Shown here: positions 8,897 through 17,578 of the stretch, piece by piece
Position numbering within the stretch: position 1 is the stretch's first letter
Layout of the letters: each line of letters starts with the position of its first letter
Origin: Bacteroidales bacterium
GTDB taxonomy: Bacteria; Bacteroidota; Bacteroidia; Bacteroidales; NBLH01
Length of the DNA: 64,000 bases
Reading direction: 5' to 3'
Assembly: GCA_050291445.1 (NCBI GenBank)
Contig: JBNKJW010000196.1
Span: forward strand, 3,615-67,614
The notes under the pieces: generated by a model
Seen by the model: only the letters and a program-made list of their open reading frames with translations
Databases searched by the model: none
What the model was told of the DNA's origin: nothing
Program-made: the position numbers and the translations under genes

Positions 8897-9844
8897 TTAT
8901 AGGTTTTGTTGGGTGGTGTTATATTCATTTTCTCTTTCGATTTCTAAAATACATTTTTCAAATTCTCTTAAGTCAGCGTATTGTAATCTTGTCAATTCCA
9001 ATTGATTAAAAAAACTACAATTATTATTAGATGCAATCTTGCGCTCACCAATAATAACAGACTTCCATGGAATTCCTAAATTATTATTAACCTGAATTAT
9101 TGCTATTTCCTGATTTTTAGAAAGGTCTTTTATAAAAACCAAGGTATATTCAACCTTCTCTTTATGATTTAAATATGGAACTCTAATTGTAATAAATGAA
9201 TTGATAAAACCATCCCAATTACTTGTAATTCTACCTCTAGTATAATTGAACCTTTTAACCCTAAAAGGATTATTTTTATTTGATTGTGGATAGAGTGTAT
9301 GAATAACCTTAGTCCCCTTATAAACTAAAAGAATATATTTCGCATTTGTATTGTCCTTATGAATATATTCACCTATATACATTTCAAAGAGATCTAGCCT
9401 TTTATTTTTTTCTATGTTTAAATTTTCTGCCTTATATACTGATTCTGCAATAATACAATAGTCAAAGAAAGGGATTGAATCTTTTCTAAAAAGTCCTTGT
9501 TTTTGTAACCTCCACTTAATATTACCATCATCATTTTTGGATTCTATCCATTTTGGTGTTGAAGTCCATTGTTCATGTCTTTGGTGAATATGTTCAAACC
9601 CAGTATACTCATTCCCTTTGGCAATTATAAGTCCAAGTTTTTGGGAAACCTTTACAATATCAACAGGGGCTTTAGCAATATTCATTAGCATAGGGTCTCT
9701 AAATTGAGGGTTCTTACCAACAAAATCTTCAATTGCATTTAATTCTTCAACTGAAAACAATATTTCATTTTCGTAATGCATAAAGTGCTCTTTTTTCTCC
9801 AAATGCCACACAATATTTGTAAAACCCCAATAAGAAATAAACAA
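8897..9844 (-). CDS. Hypothetical protein (orphan, AT-rich)
   Basis: 315-aa ORF with an alternative ATG at 9781 (MHYENEI). It has no signal peptide. It contains a GFEHIHQRHEQW motif. The codon usage is very AT-rich and the gene is flanked by >200-bp non-coding stretches. Confidence 0.5.
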   Translation of the reverse strand: MFISYWGFTNIVWHLEKKEHFMHYENEILFSVEELNAIEDFVGKNPQFRDPMLMNIAKAPVDIVKVSQKLGLIIAKGNEYTGFEHIHQRHEQWTSTPKWIESKNDDGNIKWRLQKQGLFRKDSIPFFDYCIIAESVYKAENLNIEKNKRLDLFEMYIGEYIHKDNTNAKYILLVYKGTKVIHTLYPQSNKNNPFRVKRFNYTRGRITSNWDGFINSFITIRVPYLNHKEKVEYTLVFIKDLSKNQEIAIIQVNNNLGIPWKSVIIGERKIASNNNCSFFNQLELTRLQYADLREFEKCILEIERENEYNTTQQNL

Positions 9845-10176
9845 AATTGCCTTATTGCTTTTATTTTCTCATTACTGTTTTACTCGATAAAAGTAACCTT
9901 CTGCTTTTTAATTTCCAAGGGTTGAGGTTTAATTCTACTAACAAACATAAAGCAAAACATTTGCTAAGCTCAAAAGTTTGCGAGTAAATTGGTGTTTTCT
10001 TACAGGCGCTATTTAGAATTTTGAGCTATACTATTATAAATTGTCTGCCATTTAAGCAGTTTCTGAGAAGAATCATGATTTTACAATTAATTTAGTAGCG
10101 CTAAATTCCTAATTTTAAGTTATTTTTAAAAAAGAGGCATCAGTACTCAAATTTAATCGCTAACATAACTACTACT

Positions 10177-11673
10177 ATGAGTTACATTCATTATATTACA
10201 TGTGAAACGCTGGGTTTCGACACTTTAAGAAAAATTATAAACGAAAATGCCGAAGTTCGTTTATCTAAGGAGGCCAAAGAAAAAATTATAGCTTGCCGAA
10301 AGTACCTTGATGATAAAATAGCAACAGTAGATGAGCCAATTTATGGAATTACTACTGGTTTTGGAGCTCTTCACGAGCATACTATTTCAAAAGACCAGTT
10401 GACAGAATTACAGGAAAACCTGGTTAAATCGCATGCCTGCGGAACGGGTGATGAAGCATCGCCGGAAACCATCAAGATGATGCTGTTTTTAAAGGCGCAG
10501 GCCTTATCCTACGGTCATTCGGGCGTGCAATTAGAAACTGTTGAGCGAATTTTAGACTTTTACAACAATGATATTTTACCTGTAGTATATGAACAAGGTT
10601 CTTTAGGTGCTTCGGGCGATTTGTGCCCACTTGCCCACCTGTTTTTGCCGTTAATTGGCGAAGGCGAAGTCACACATGAAGGGGTGAGGCAACCTGCAGC
10701 GGTTATTTTAAAACGTTTTGGCTGGGAACCCATCACATTGCAATCAAAAGAAGGGCTTGCCTTATTAAATGGCACCCAGTTTATGAGTGCCCATGGTGTT
10801 TTATCCTTACTAAAAGCACAACGACTGGCAAAACTGGCCGACATTATTGCCGCTGTTTCTTTGGAGGCATTTGATGGCAGGCTCGATCCATTTTTTGAAT
10901 CAATTCAACAAATCCGACCGCACAAAGGGCAAATTAAAACAGCTGAAAACTTTCGGAAAATACTGGAAGGCAGTGAGTTGATAAAACAACACAAAAAACA
11001 TGTGCAGGACCCGTATTCATTTAGGTGCATCCCACAGGTGCATGGAGCTTCAAAAGACACCATTGATTATGTGGCCTCGGTAGTTTCAACCGAAATCAAT
11101 TCCGTAACTGATAATCCGACTATTTTTCCGGAGGAAGATTTGATAGTTTCCGGAGGTAATTTTCATGGTCAGCCCCTGGCACTTGCATTTGATTTTTTAA
11201 GCATTGCCCTGGCTGAGTTAGGCAGCATTTCTGAAAGAAGGGTTTACAGGTTAATTTCAGGCTGGCGAAACCTTCCTGAGTTTTTGGTGGCAAAACCTGG
11301 TTTAAATTCTGGTTTTATGATTCCTCAGTATGCAGCTGCGTCAATTGTTAGCCAAAACAAGCAGTTTTGCACACCCTCATCGGTTGATTCTATACCTTCG
11401 TCTAATGAGCAGGAGGATCACGTAAGTATGGGAGCAAACGGGGCAACTAAATTATTACGCGTGGCCAATAACCTTGATCGCATCCTGGCAATAGAGTTGT
11501 TAAATGCTGCTCAGGCCATTGAATTCAGAAAACCGACAAAAACATCTCCTTTTTTACAGGATTTTTTGGATAAATTCAGAGAAGTGGTGCCATTTATGGA
11601 AAATGATATGGTCATGTATGAATCCATCCATAAAGCTATTGATTTTTTAAAAGAAGTAGAGATTGAATTGTAA
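10177..11673 (+). CDS. hutH: Histidine ammonia-lyase
   Basis: 498-aa ORF. It has the MIO-forming Ala-Ser-Gly motif in GSLGASGDLCPLAHL and full-length similarity in pattern to HutH (NGTQFM, SVDSIPSSNEQEDHVSMG). Confidence 0.95.
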   Translation: MSYIHYITCETLGFDTLRKIINENAEVRLSKEAKEKIIACRKYLDDKIATVDEPIYGITTGFGALHEHTISKDQLTELQENLVKSHACGTGDEASPETIKMMLFLKAQALSYGHSGVQLETVERILDFYNNDILPVVYEQGSLGASGDLCPLAHLFLPLIGEGEVTHEGVRQPAAVILKRFGWEPITLQSKEGLALLNGTQFMSAHGVLSLLKAQRLAKLADIIAAVSLEAFDGRLDPFFESIQQIRPHKGQIKTAENFRKILEGSELIKQHKKHVQDPYSFRCIPQVHGASKDTIDYVASVVSTEINSVTDNPTIFPEEDLIVSGGNFHGQPLALAFDFLSIALAELGSISERRVYRLISGWRNLPEFLVAKPGLNSGFMIPQYAAASIVSQNKQFCTPSSVDSIPSSNEQEDHVSMGANGATKLLRVANNLDRILAIELLNAAQAIEFRKPTKTSPFLQDFLDKFREVVPFMENDMVMYESIHKAIDFLKEVEIEL

Positions 11674-11749
11674 TTGGTAATTAGTATATTTGAAATTGGT
11701 ATATTGAGAAATAAACCAATACACCAATTTCTAATTTCTAATAACCGGG

Positions 11750-12868
11750 TTACCCCCTATTGTACTCTTCCAATTTCCGTTTATATCTTTCCCCAAATTG
11801 ATTCCATGCAACCAGAAACAGGCCAGTAATCATAGGCCCAATAATAAAGCCAATTAAGCCCATTAAAATCAGACCACCCATACTTGCCATAAACATAATG
11901 GCCGGGTGCATCCCACTTTTGTGCCCATCGAGTCTGGGGCGGATGATATTTTGATTAATTATGATGGCTCCGCATCCTACAGCAAGAATAATAACACCTG
12001 TAGACACATTACCTATTAATATTTGAATAATTCCCATGGGGGCAAGTATGGTGTTTGCTCCTACCAGTGGAATTATGGAAAGAAATGTCATCAGCATTCC
12101 CCAAAAAAAAGGAGAAGGAACTCCGAGTATGGCAAAGAGGGTTCCTCCAAAGGCCCCTTCAATAAAACCAAGCATAAAAGTATTAAGCACAATAGCATCG
12201 GTTACTTTTTCGAGTTTCGAGAACATTTCCCGCTCCTCTGTATCTTTTAATGGAACCAGGTATTGAATTCGCTCTACAAGTTTTTTCCCATCTATAAAAA
12301 GGTAGTAGAGTAGAAACAGCACAATGAAAAAATGAATTAAAATAACGCCAACATTAATAAATGTTTGTTGAATAAGCCCAATCAAAAATTCAACTACCAT
12401 GCTTAACTTTTCCTCCGCCTGGTTAGCCACTTTGTCCCAATCAATATCGTCAACAACGTTTTTAAGACCTGGTACCGAAGATGCTTTTTCAGGTAAATCT
12501 TCAATAAATTGCTTTAATGCAGGCCAATTGTCCTGAAAAGATCGGTAGGTGCTTCCAACCTCTTTAGAAATCATTACGGCAATAAAAGTAACCGGAATAA
12601 CAATGGTGAAAATTACCAAAACAAGGGTTACGGCGGTCGCTTTTCCTTTTTTTCCCTTGAAAACTTTCGTAAAATAGGCTAATGGCCGCTTAAAAATAAT
12701 AGCCAGAATTATCGCAAGAAAAATGTCGGTAAGGAAGGGCTGGATGATTGAGAAAAAGCCAATACTCACCCCTGCAAGAATAATGAAAAAGAATATTTCT
12801 TGTAGGTTAATCCCTGGCCTTCTGGTTGGTTTATCGTCTAATGACATGATGCGCGTTTGTTTTAGCAA
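11750..12868 (-). CDS. AI-2E family transporter (PerM/YhhT-like permease)
   Basis: 372-aa polytopic membrane ORF. The probable true start is ATG 12847 (MSLDDKP). The helix layout and the C-terminal GLIGFIIGPMITGLFLVAW segment are typical of the AI-2E family. Confidence 0.8.
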   Translation of the reverse strand: MLKQTRIMSLDDKPTRRPGINLQEIFFFIILAGVSIGFFSIIQPFLTDIFLAIILAIIFKRPLAYFTKVFKGKKGKATAVTLVLVIFTIVIPVTFIAVMISKEVGSTYRSFQDNWPALKQFIEDLPEKASSVPGLKNVVDDIDWDKVANQAEEKLSMVVEFLIGLIQQTFINVGVILIHFFIVLFLLYYLFIDGKKLVERIQYLVPLKDTEEREMFSKLEKVTDAIVLNTFMLGFIEGAFGGTLFAILGVPSPFFWGMLMTFLSIIPLVGANTILAPMGIIQILIGNVSTGVIILAVGCGAIIINQNIIRPRLDGHKSGMHPAIMFMASMGGLILMGLIGFIIGPMITGLFLVAWNQFGERYKRKLEEYNRG

Positions 12869-12902
12869 GCCAGTGTTTTGTCAATTTGATATCTGGCATT
12901 AA

Positions 12903-12929
12903 CCAGGCGACAGCACCTGACAAATTAGG
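12903..12929. repeat. Degenerate copy of the CCAGGTGACAACACCTGACAAGTGC motif
   Basis: CCAGGCGACAGCACCTGACAAATTAGG. A further partial copy, AACCTGACAAGTCTTGG, lies at 13042-13058. Confidence 0.45.
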
Positions 12930-13079
12930 CTTGGCGTTACACAAGTGTTATATCAACTATCAATTGTTGGATAGATTTGTTAGGTTTGTATTTATTAAAG
13001 TGCTAATAATTAATTGAATATCTATTCATTTTGCAAGAAAAAACCTGACAAGTCTTGGTTAACACAACACTTTGGTGCT

Positions 13080-13607
13080 TCATTGTATAAAATTATTGTA
13101 AAACTCATTTTTAACTTTTTGAATAGCCATTTCAATGGGTGGGTTTTCCACTTTTAGGTAAACATCCAGTATGGCCCTGGTTAAGTCAATAGCCGGGGCA
13201 TTATCCTCCATATCGTTGCTGGCAACATTAATCAGTTTAATTAAGTTTTCTTTCGAGTTTTTCATTAATTCCCAACTTTCGTTAGAAATGTAAAGTTGCT
13301 GACTGATATTGTGCTCAAATTCTGCACGTATTTGTTGCAAAAGGCTTAGTTGTAGTTGCTTTGCCGACATACCAGCTTGCTGCACACGGGTAATTAAGCT
13401 ACCCGGGCTTATTCGTTCCAAAAACATAATAATCCGCTCATAAGCCTGAAGCCTGATTGGAGTAATTGTTTTTTGGTTTTTCAGGATGTATTCATGCTTT
13501 TGGGCATTTGTTTCTTTATCAATAAAAGCTTTAACTACCAAAATAGCCGCAGCTCCAACAACCAACGATGGAATTGCATATTGCAATGCTACTAATATAT
13601 TCTCCAT
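13080..13607 (-). CDS. Hypothetical membrane-anchored protein
   Basis: 175-aa ORF with a single N-terminal TM helix (ALQYAIPSLVVGAAAILVVKAF). The rest is predicted helical. I recognise no family. Confidence 0.45.
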   Translation of the reverse strand: MENILVALQYAIPSLVVGAAAILVVKAFIDKETNAQKHEYILKNQKTITPIRLQAYERIIMFLERISPGSLITRVQQAGMSAKQLQLSLLQQIRAEFEHNISQQLYISNESWELMKNSKENLIKLINVASNDMEDNAPAIDLTRAILDVYLKVENPPIEMAIQKVKNEFYNNFIQ

Positions 13608-13711
13608 TTTACAAAATGTAATTAATTCATTGCAAATATAGGAAATTTGTCATTGTATATGCTTGAAATCAAGATTATTTTTGAACCTTTGTAATACAAG
13701 TCAAATTAATT

Positions 13712-15619
13712 TTGGCTAAAAATAACTTTAAAGGTAACAGTATGGATTTCAAAGAGATATTAGATTTTATTTCAAAAATTGAGTTCTTTAATGAGTTAGA
13801 TCAGGCGGAGCTTACTGAATTATCAGAAAAAATGGTTGTCCAGAATTACAATACCGGACAATATTTGTTTAAAGAGAACAAAAAGCGAGAATCTGTTTTT
13901 ATTTTATATGCAGGTGATGTTGAATTGTTGAAAAAAAGCCCAAACAATGAACAAAAAAGATTGGCATATTTTTCAATGGGCGATATCATTGGCGAAGGTG
14001 CTTTTGTAGATAACAGTCCGCATTCAACTTCAACAAGAACTGTAACAGCTTGTACCATTTTCACCTTAAGCAGAAAAAGTATTGAGGAAATATTCACGAA
14101 AAATCCGGCTTTGGGTTTAAAAATAAGTAACCGGCTTGCCAAGGTAATTTCAAAACGGATGAGAAGCTCCAATACCCGATTTGTGTCATTAGGAACCCAG
14201 TACTTGTCGGGTGAAATAAGAAGAGAACATGATTTACTGGGTGAAAAAAACGTTCCTAATGAAGTGAACTATGGTATTCAAACGCTTAGGGCATTAGAAA
14301 ACTTTGATATCACAGGAGTGCCCTTAAATTTTTACCCCGACCTGGTACGAGGTTTTGCCGAAGTAAAGAAAGCTGCTGCTCTCGCAAATAAAGACTTAGG
14401 CCTGCTTGACGAAGAAATTGCAGGAGCTATCGACGAAGCTTGTGCCACAATAATTAATGGAAGATACCATAAATGCTTTGTTGTGGATATGATACAAGGG
14501 GGAGCAGGTACCTCAACCAATATGAATGCCAACGAAGTTATTGCCAATATTGCCCTTCAAAATTTAGGTTATAAAAGGGGTGAATACGAGCATATTCACC
14601 CCAATAATCATGTAAACCTCTCACAATCAACCAACGATGCTTATCCCACAGCAGTAAAAATTGCCTTGGTAAAAAGGAACAAAAAACTGGTGAAATCGTT
14701 AATGGATTTAATTGCAGCTTTTAGGGTGAAAGCAGATGAATTTTCTCACATTTTAAAAATGGGACGAACGCAATTACAGGATGCTGTGCCCATGACACTT
14801 GGACAGGCCTTTGAAGCCTATGCTATTACGCTGGAAGAAGAAATTGAAAGGCTTACCCATAATGCCAACCTCTTTTTGGAAGTAAACATGGGGGCCACTG
14901 CCATAGGTACAGGAATTAACTCCGATCCTGATTACACAAGACTAGTAATTGGCCATTTAAGAGATGTTACCGGTTTAGATATTGTCAGCGCCCGAAACCT
15001 GGTGGAAGCAACCCAGGATACCAGCTCATTTATTATGTACTCATCAGCTTTGAAGCGTTTATCTATCAAGCTTTCTAAATTATCAAATGATTTAAGGTTA
15101 TTATCATCCGGGCCAAGAGCAGGGATTAATGAAATCAACCTGCCTGCGGTTCAGCCTGGCTCATCCATTATGCCGGGTAAGGTTAATCCGGTAATTCCTG
15201 AAGTAGTTAATCAAATTGCTTTTAAAGTAATTGGAAACGACCTTACGGTGTCATTGGCCTCAGAGGCCGGGCAATTGGAATTAAATGTTATGGAACCTGT
15301 TATTGTTCAAAGCCTTTTTGAGTCGGTTGAGATGTTAATGAACGGTATGGAGACCTTACGAAGCAAGTGCATTATAGGAATAACTGCCAATGAAGAACGC
15401 TGCAAGGAGTTGGTAATGAATAGTATAGGTCTGGTTACTGCGTTGAACCCTGTTTTGGGATATGAAACTTCAACCCAGGTTGCCAAAGAAGCTCTTGAGA
15501 GGAATTGTGGGGTATATGAATTAGTGCTCGAAAAGAAATTACTGACAAAAGAAGAGCTTGATAACATCCTGAAACCTGAAAATATGCTAAAACCAAGAAA
15601 AATGAACAATAAGCATTAG
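13712..15619 (+). CDS. aspA: Cyclic-nucleotide-binding-domain protein fused to aspartate ammonia-lyase
   Basis: 635-aa ORF starting at TTG 13712 or ATG 13742. The N-terminal ~150 aa look like a CAP_ED/cNMP-binding fold (FFNELDQAELTEL...IIGEGAF...RTVTA). The remainder is a full aspartase/fumarase-family enzyme (TNMNANEVIAN, GSSIMPGKVNP signature loop). Confidence 0.9.
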   Translation: MAKNNFKGNSMDFKEILDFISKIEFFNELDQAELTELSEKMVVQNYNTGQYLFKENKKRESVFILYAGDVELLKKSPNNEQKRLAYFSMGDIIGEGAFVDNSPHSTSTRTVTACTIFTLSRKSIEEIFTKNPALGLKISNRLAKVISKRMRSSNTRFVSLGTQYLSGEIRREHDLLGEKNVPNEVNYGIQTLRALENFDITGVPLNFYPDLVRGFAEVKKAAALANKDLGLLDEEIAGAIDEACATIINGRYHKCFVVDMIQGGAGTSTNMNANEVIANIALQNLGYKRGEYEHIHPNNHVNLSQSTNDAYPTAVKIALVKRNKKLVKSLMDLIAAFRVKADEFSHILKMGRTQLQDAVPMTLGQAFEAYAITLEEEIERLTHNANLFLEVNMGATAIGTGINSDPDYTRLVIGHLRDVTGLDIVSARNLVEATQDTSSFIMYSSALKRLSIKLSKLSNDLRLLSSGPRAGINEINLPAVQPGSSIMPGKVNPVIPEVVNQIAFKVIGNDLTVSLASEAGQLELNVMEPVIVQSLFESVEMLMNGMETLRSKCIIGITANEERCKELVMNSIGLVTALNPVLGYETSTQVAKEALERNCGVYELVLEKKLLTKEELDNILKPENMLKPRKMNNKH

Positions 15620-15879
15620 TTAGGGTCTGCTGAAAAAGTCAGAAGTACATTAGATACAAATTAGCAAAGCGAAGTCGTATATTAATACTTCGAGCTGAAG
15701 CTAATGAAGTAGATGATGTGCTTCTGGCTAGCCAAAGTTTCTGACGAGATTTTATTAGGTCATAAAATATAAGTACAAAGAAAAATAAGATGTTTTACCA
15801 AAACCTTGCACTTTAAACTCTGAAAAATAGTGTAAAGCGCTAGATATTAGAAGTATAAGGGTTTTTCAGCAAGCCCTAA
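15620..15879 (+). repeat. Mosaic structured repeat, copy A (terminal inverted arms + long internal hairpin)
   Basis: The arms TTAGGGTCTGCTGAAAAA (15620-15637) and TTTTTCAGCAAGCCCTAA (15862-15879) are inverted, matching 16/18. The internal hairpin is GTCAGAAGTACAT (15638-15650) with ATGTGCTTCTGGC (15716-15728). It shares an AAACCTTGCACTTT box (15801-15814) with the other copies. It starts directly after the aspA stop codon (15617-15619). Confidence 0.8.
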
Positions 15880-16128
15880 ATAAAAAATTAATTTCTCAGA
15901 ATTGATTCTTACATTATACTAATTTGTTAACTTTGTAAGCGTGTGCTGCCTTAAGGTGGGCATATAGACCATTATTAATACTAATAAAAACCAATTGTTA
16001 TGAATACTATTATTTTAGAATACCTATCTCCATACTTTAGATTGTCATTGTCTTCACAAAATCCATGTTGTTTTTTTAAGTTAAGCAATTAAAATATATT
16101 GTTGAGTAGTTTATTTGAATAAGCCAAA

Positions 16129-16638
16129 TTGATAAATCAAAACATGGATAGTTTGAATAGATTAACTATTGTAACTTCTATATTCTTCGTCTTTTTCAGC
16201 ATACATGCTAGTTCACAATTAAAGATGAGTCAGGCAAAAAATACAATTTATGCTGATGTAGCATCCATTTATGTTGTTGGAATGTCCTCCATTAATTATG
16301 AGAGACTTATCTATTCCTGGCATGCACTAAAATTATATGGTAATGCCAGTTTTGGTGGTTGTTATAAAATGGAAACGGGGGTATTCACAGATATTATTGA
16401 TGGAAAATCTACAACCTTAAATCTGGTTTTACTTGTAGGTGGAAGAAATCATCATTTTGAAACAAATTTAGGAGCTAGGTATGTATTCTTTGATGATGAA
16501 TGGGAGAAAAGATACAACTCACTTTATCCTGAAATAAATATTGGTTATCGGTTTCAGTGGGGCAATGGCAGAGGCCTATTGTTTAAATTCTTTGTGGGTT
16601 CAACTGGAATAGGCATTGGGCTTGGAAAAGCATTTTAA
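16129..16638 (+). CDS. Hypothetical small outer-membrane beta-barrel-like protein
   Basis: 169-aa ORF with a probable ATG at 16144. It has a signal peptide (IFFVFFSIHASSQ), alternating hydrophobic pattern, Gly/aromatic-rich strands and a C-terminal ...GLGKAF. Confidence 0.4.
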   Translation: MINQNMDSLNRLTIVTSIFFVFFSIHASSQLKMSQAKNTIYADVASIYVVGMSSINYERLIYSWHALKLYGNASFGGCYKMETGVFTDIIDGKSTTLNLVLLVGGRNHHFETNLGARYVFFDDEWEKRYNSLYPEINIGYRFQWGNGRGLLFKFFVGSTGIGIGLGKAF

Positions 16639-16674
16639 AAACGGCGCAAACTTAAACTATTAAAAAAAATATCA

Positions 16675-17568
16675 ATGAAAAATTTCTTTTTTGGATTTCT
16701 GGTTTTTCTTGTATTGACATGTATTTCATGTAAACCAGAAACGGGGCTAGCACCCAATGTAAATTACGAACTTTACGTAAATAATGGGAAAGACCAAACC
16801 CCAGCTATATCACCTGATGGGCAATGGATTGCTTATTATCATGACAGTCAGCAATTAAATGACCCAATTGATTATCCAACAGGTTTATATCTAATGGATA
16901 TTAATGGGAACAACAGACGATTACTTTTACAAGGTAATCACTGGAGCCCAAGCTGGTCACCTGATGGGCAATGGTTAGTGTTTTCCAGCAACGGAGTTTT
17001 GCAAATAATTAATTTTGACGGAGATAGTATAAGTACATTTGAAGGGCTTAATAATGTTCCATTACAGTTTCCTGATTGGTCTGATGATGGAAAATTGATA
17101 CTTTTTAGTTCTTCATATGTTGAGGGTGGAGGAGGATTTATCTGTAGTCCAAAGTTTGAAGATGTCAAACAAATTTATACACATTACCAAATTGGAGCTT
17201 ACCCAGTTAAATGGGCTGGAAATTCTAAGTTAGTATGTAGTGTAAGTTCTCATGATTGGCAAGGAGAGGAGGTGTTTTTTATGGATACAGCCCTTAAGGT
17301 ACAAGAAAGGTTAACTTTTAATGATGTGAACGATAGAGATCCTGAATTCTCACCTATTACCAGTCAAATAGTTTGGTCTAGTAATATGAGAATACATACC
17401 ATGAATATAGATGGAAGTAGTCAAAAACTTCTGGATAATGGGAGGTTTCCTACCTGGTCACCTGATGGAAAATATATTATATATAGTAATGCAAACGAAG
17501 CAATTACCAAAGAAGTACTTTATAAAATAGATCTATATGGAAATAATAGAATACAATTAACTTTTTAA
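16675..17568 (+). CDS. TolB-like (PD40/WD40-like) beta-propeller lipoprotein
   Basis: 297-aa ORF with a lipobox (LVLTCISC). It has repeated PD40 motifs: SPDGQWIAY, SPDGQWLVFSS, WSDDGKLILFSS and WSPDGKYIIYS. Confidence 0.75.
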   Translation: MKNFFFGFLVFLVLTCISCKPETGLAPNVNYELYVNNGKDQTPAISPDGQWIAYYHDSQQLNDPIDYPTGLYLMDINGNNRRLLLQGNHWSPSWSPDGQWLVFSSNGVLQIINFDGDSISTFEGLNNVPLQFPDWSDDGKLILFSSSYVEGGGGFICSPKFEDVKQIYTHYQIGAYPVKWAGNSKLVCSVSSHDWQGEEVFFMDTALKVQERLTFNDVNDRDPEFSPITSQIVWSSNMRIHTMNIDGSSQKLLDNGRFPTWSPDGKYIIYSNANEAITKEVLYKIDLYGNNRIQLTF

Positions 17569-17578
17569 AATTAAATCT

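Noticed and set aside
10177-15619. Possibility that hutH, the AI-2E transporter and cNMP-aspA form one catabolic operon.
   Set aside because: The genes are on alternating strands with separate intergenic regions, and the remaining hut genes (hutU/hutI/hutG) are absent. I therefore treat the co-location of two ammonia-lyases as a note rather than a system.
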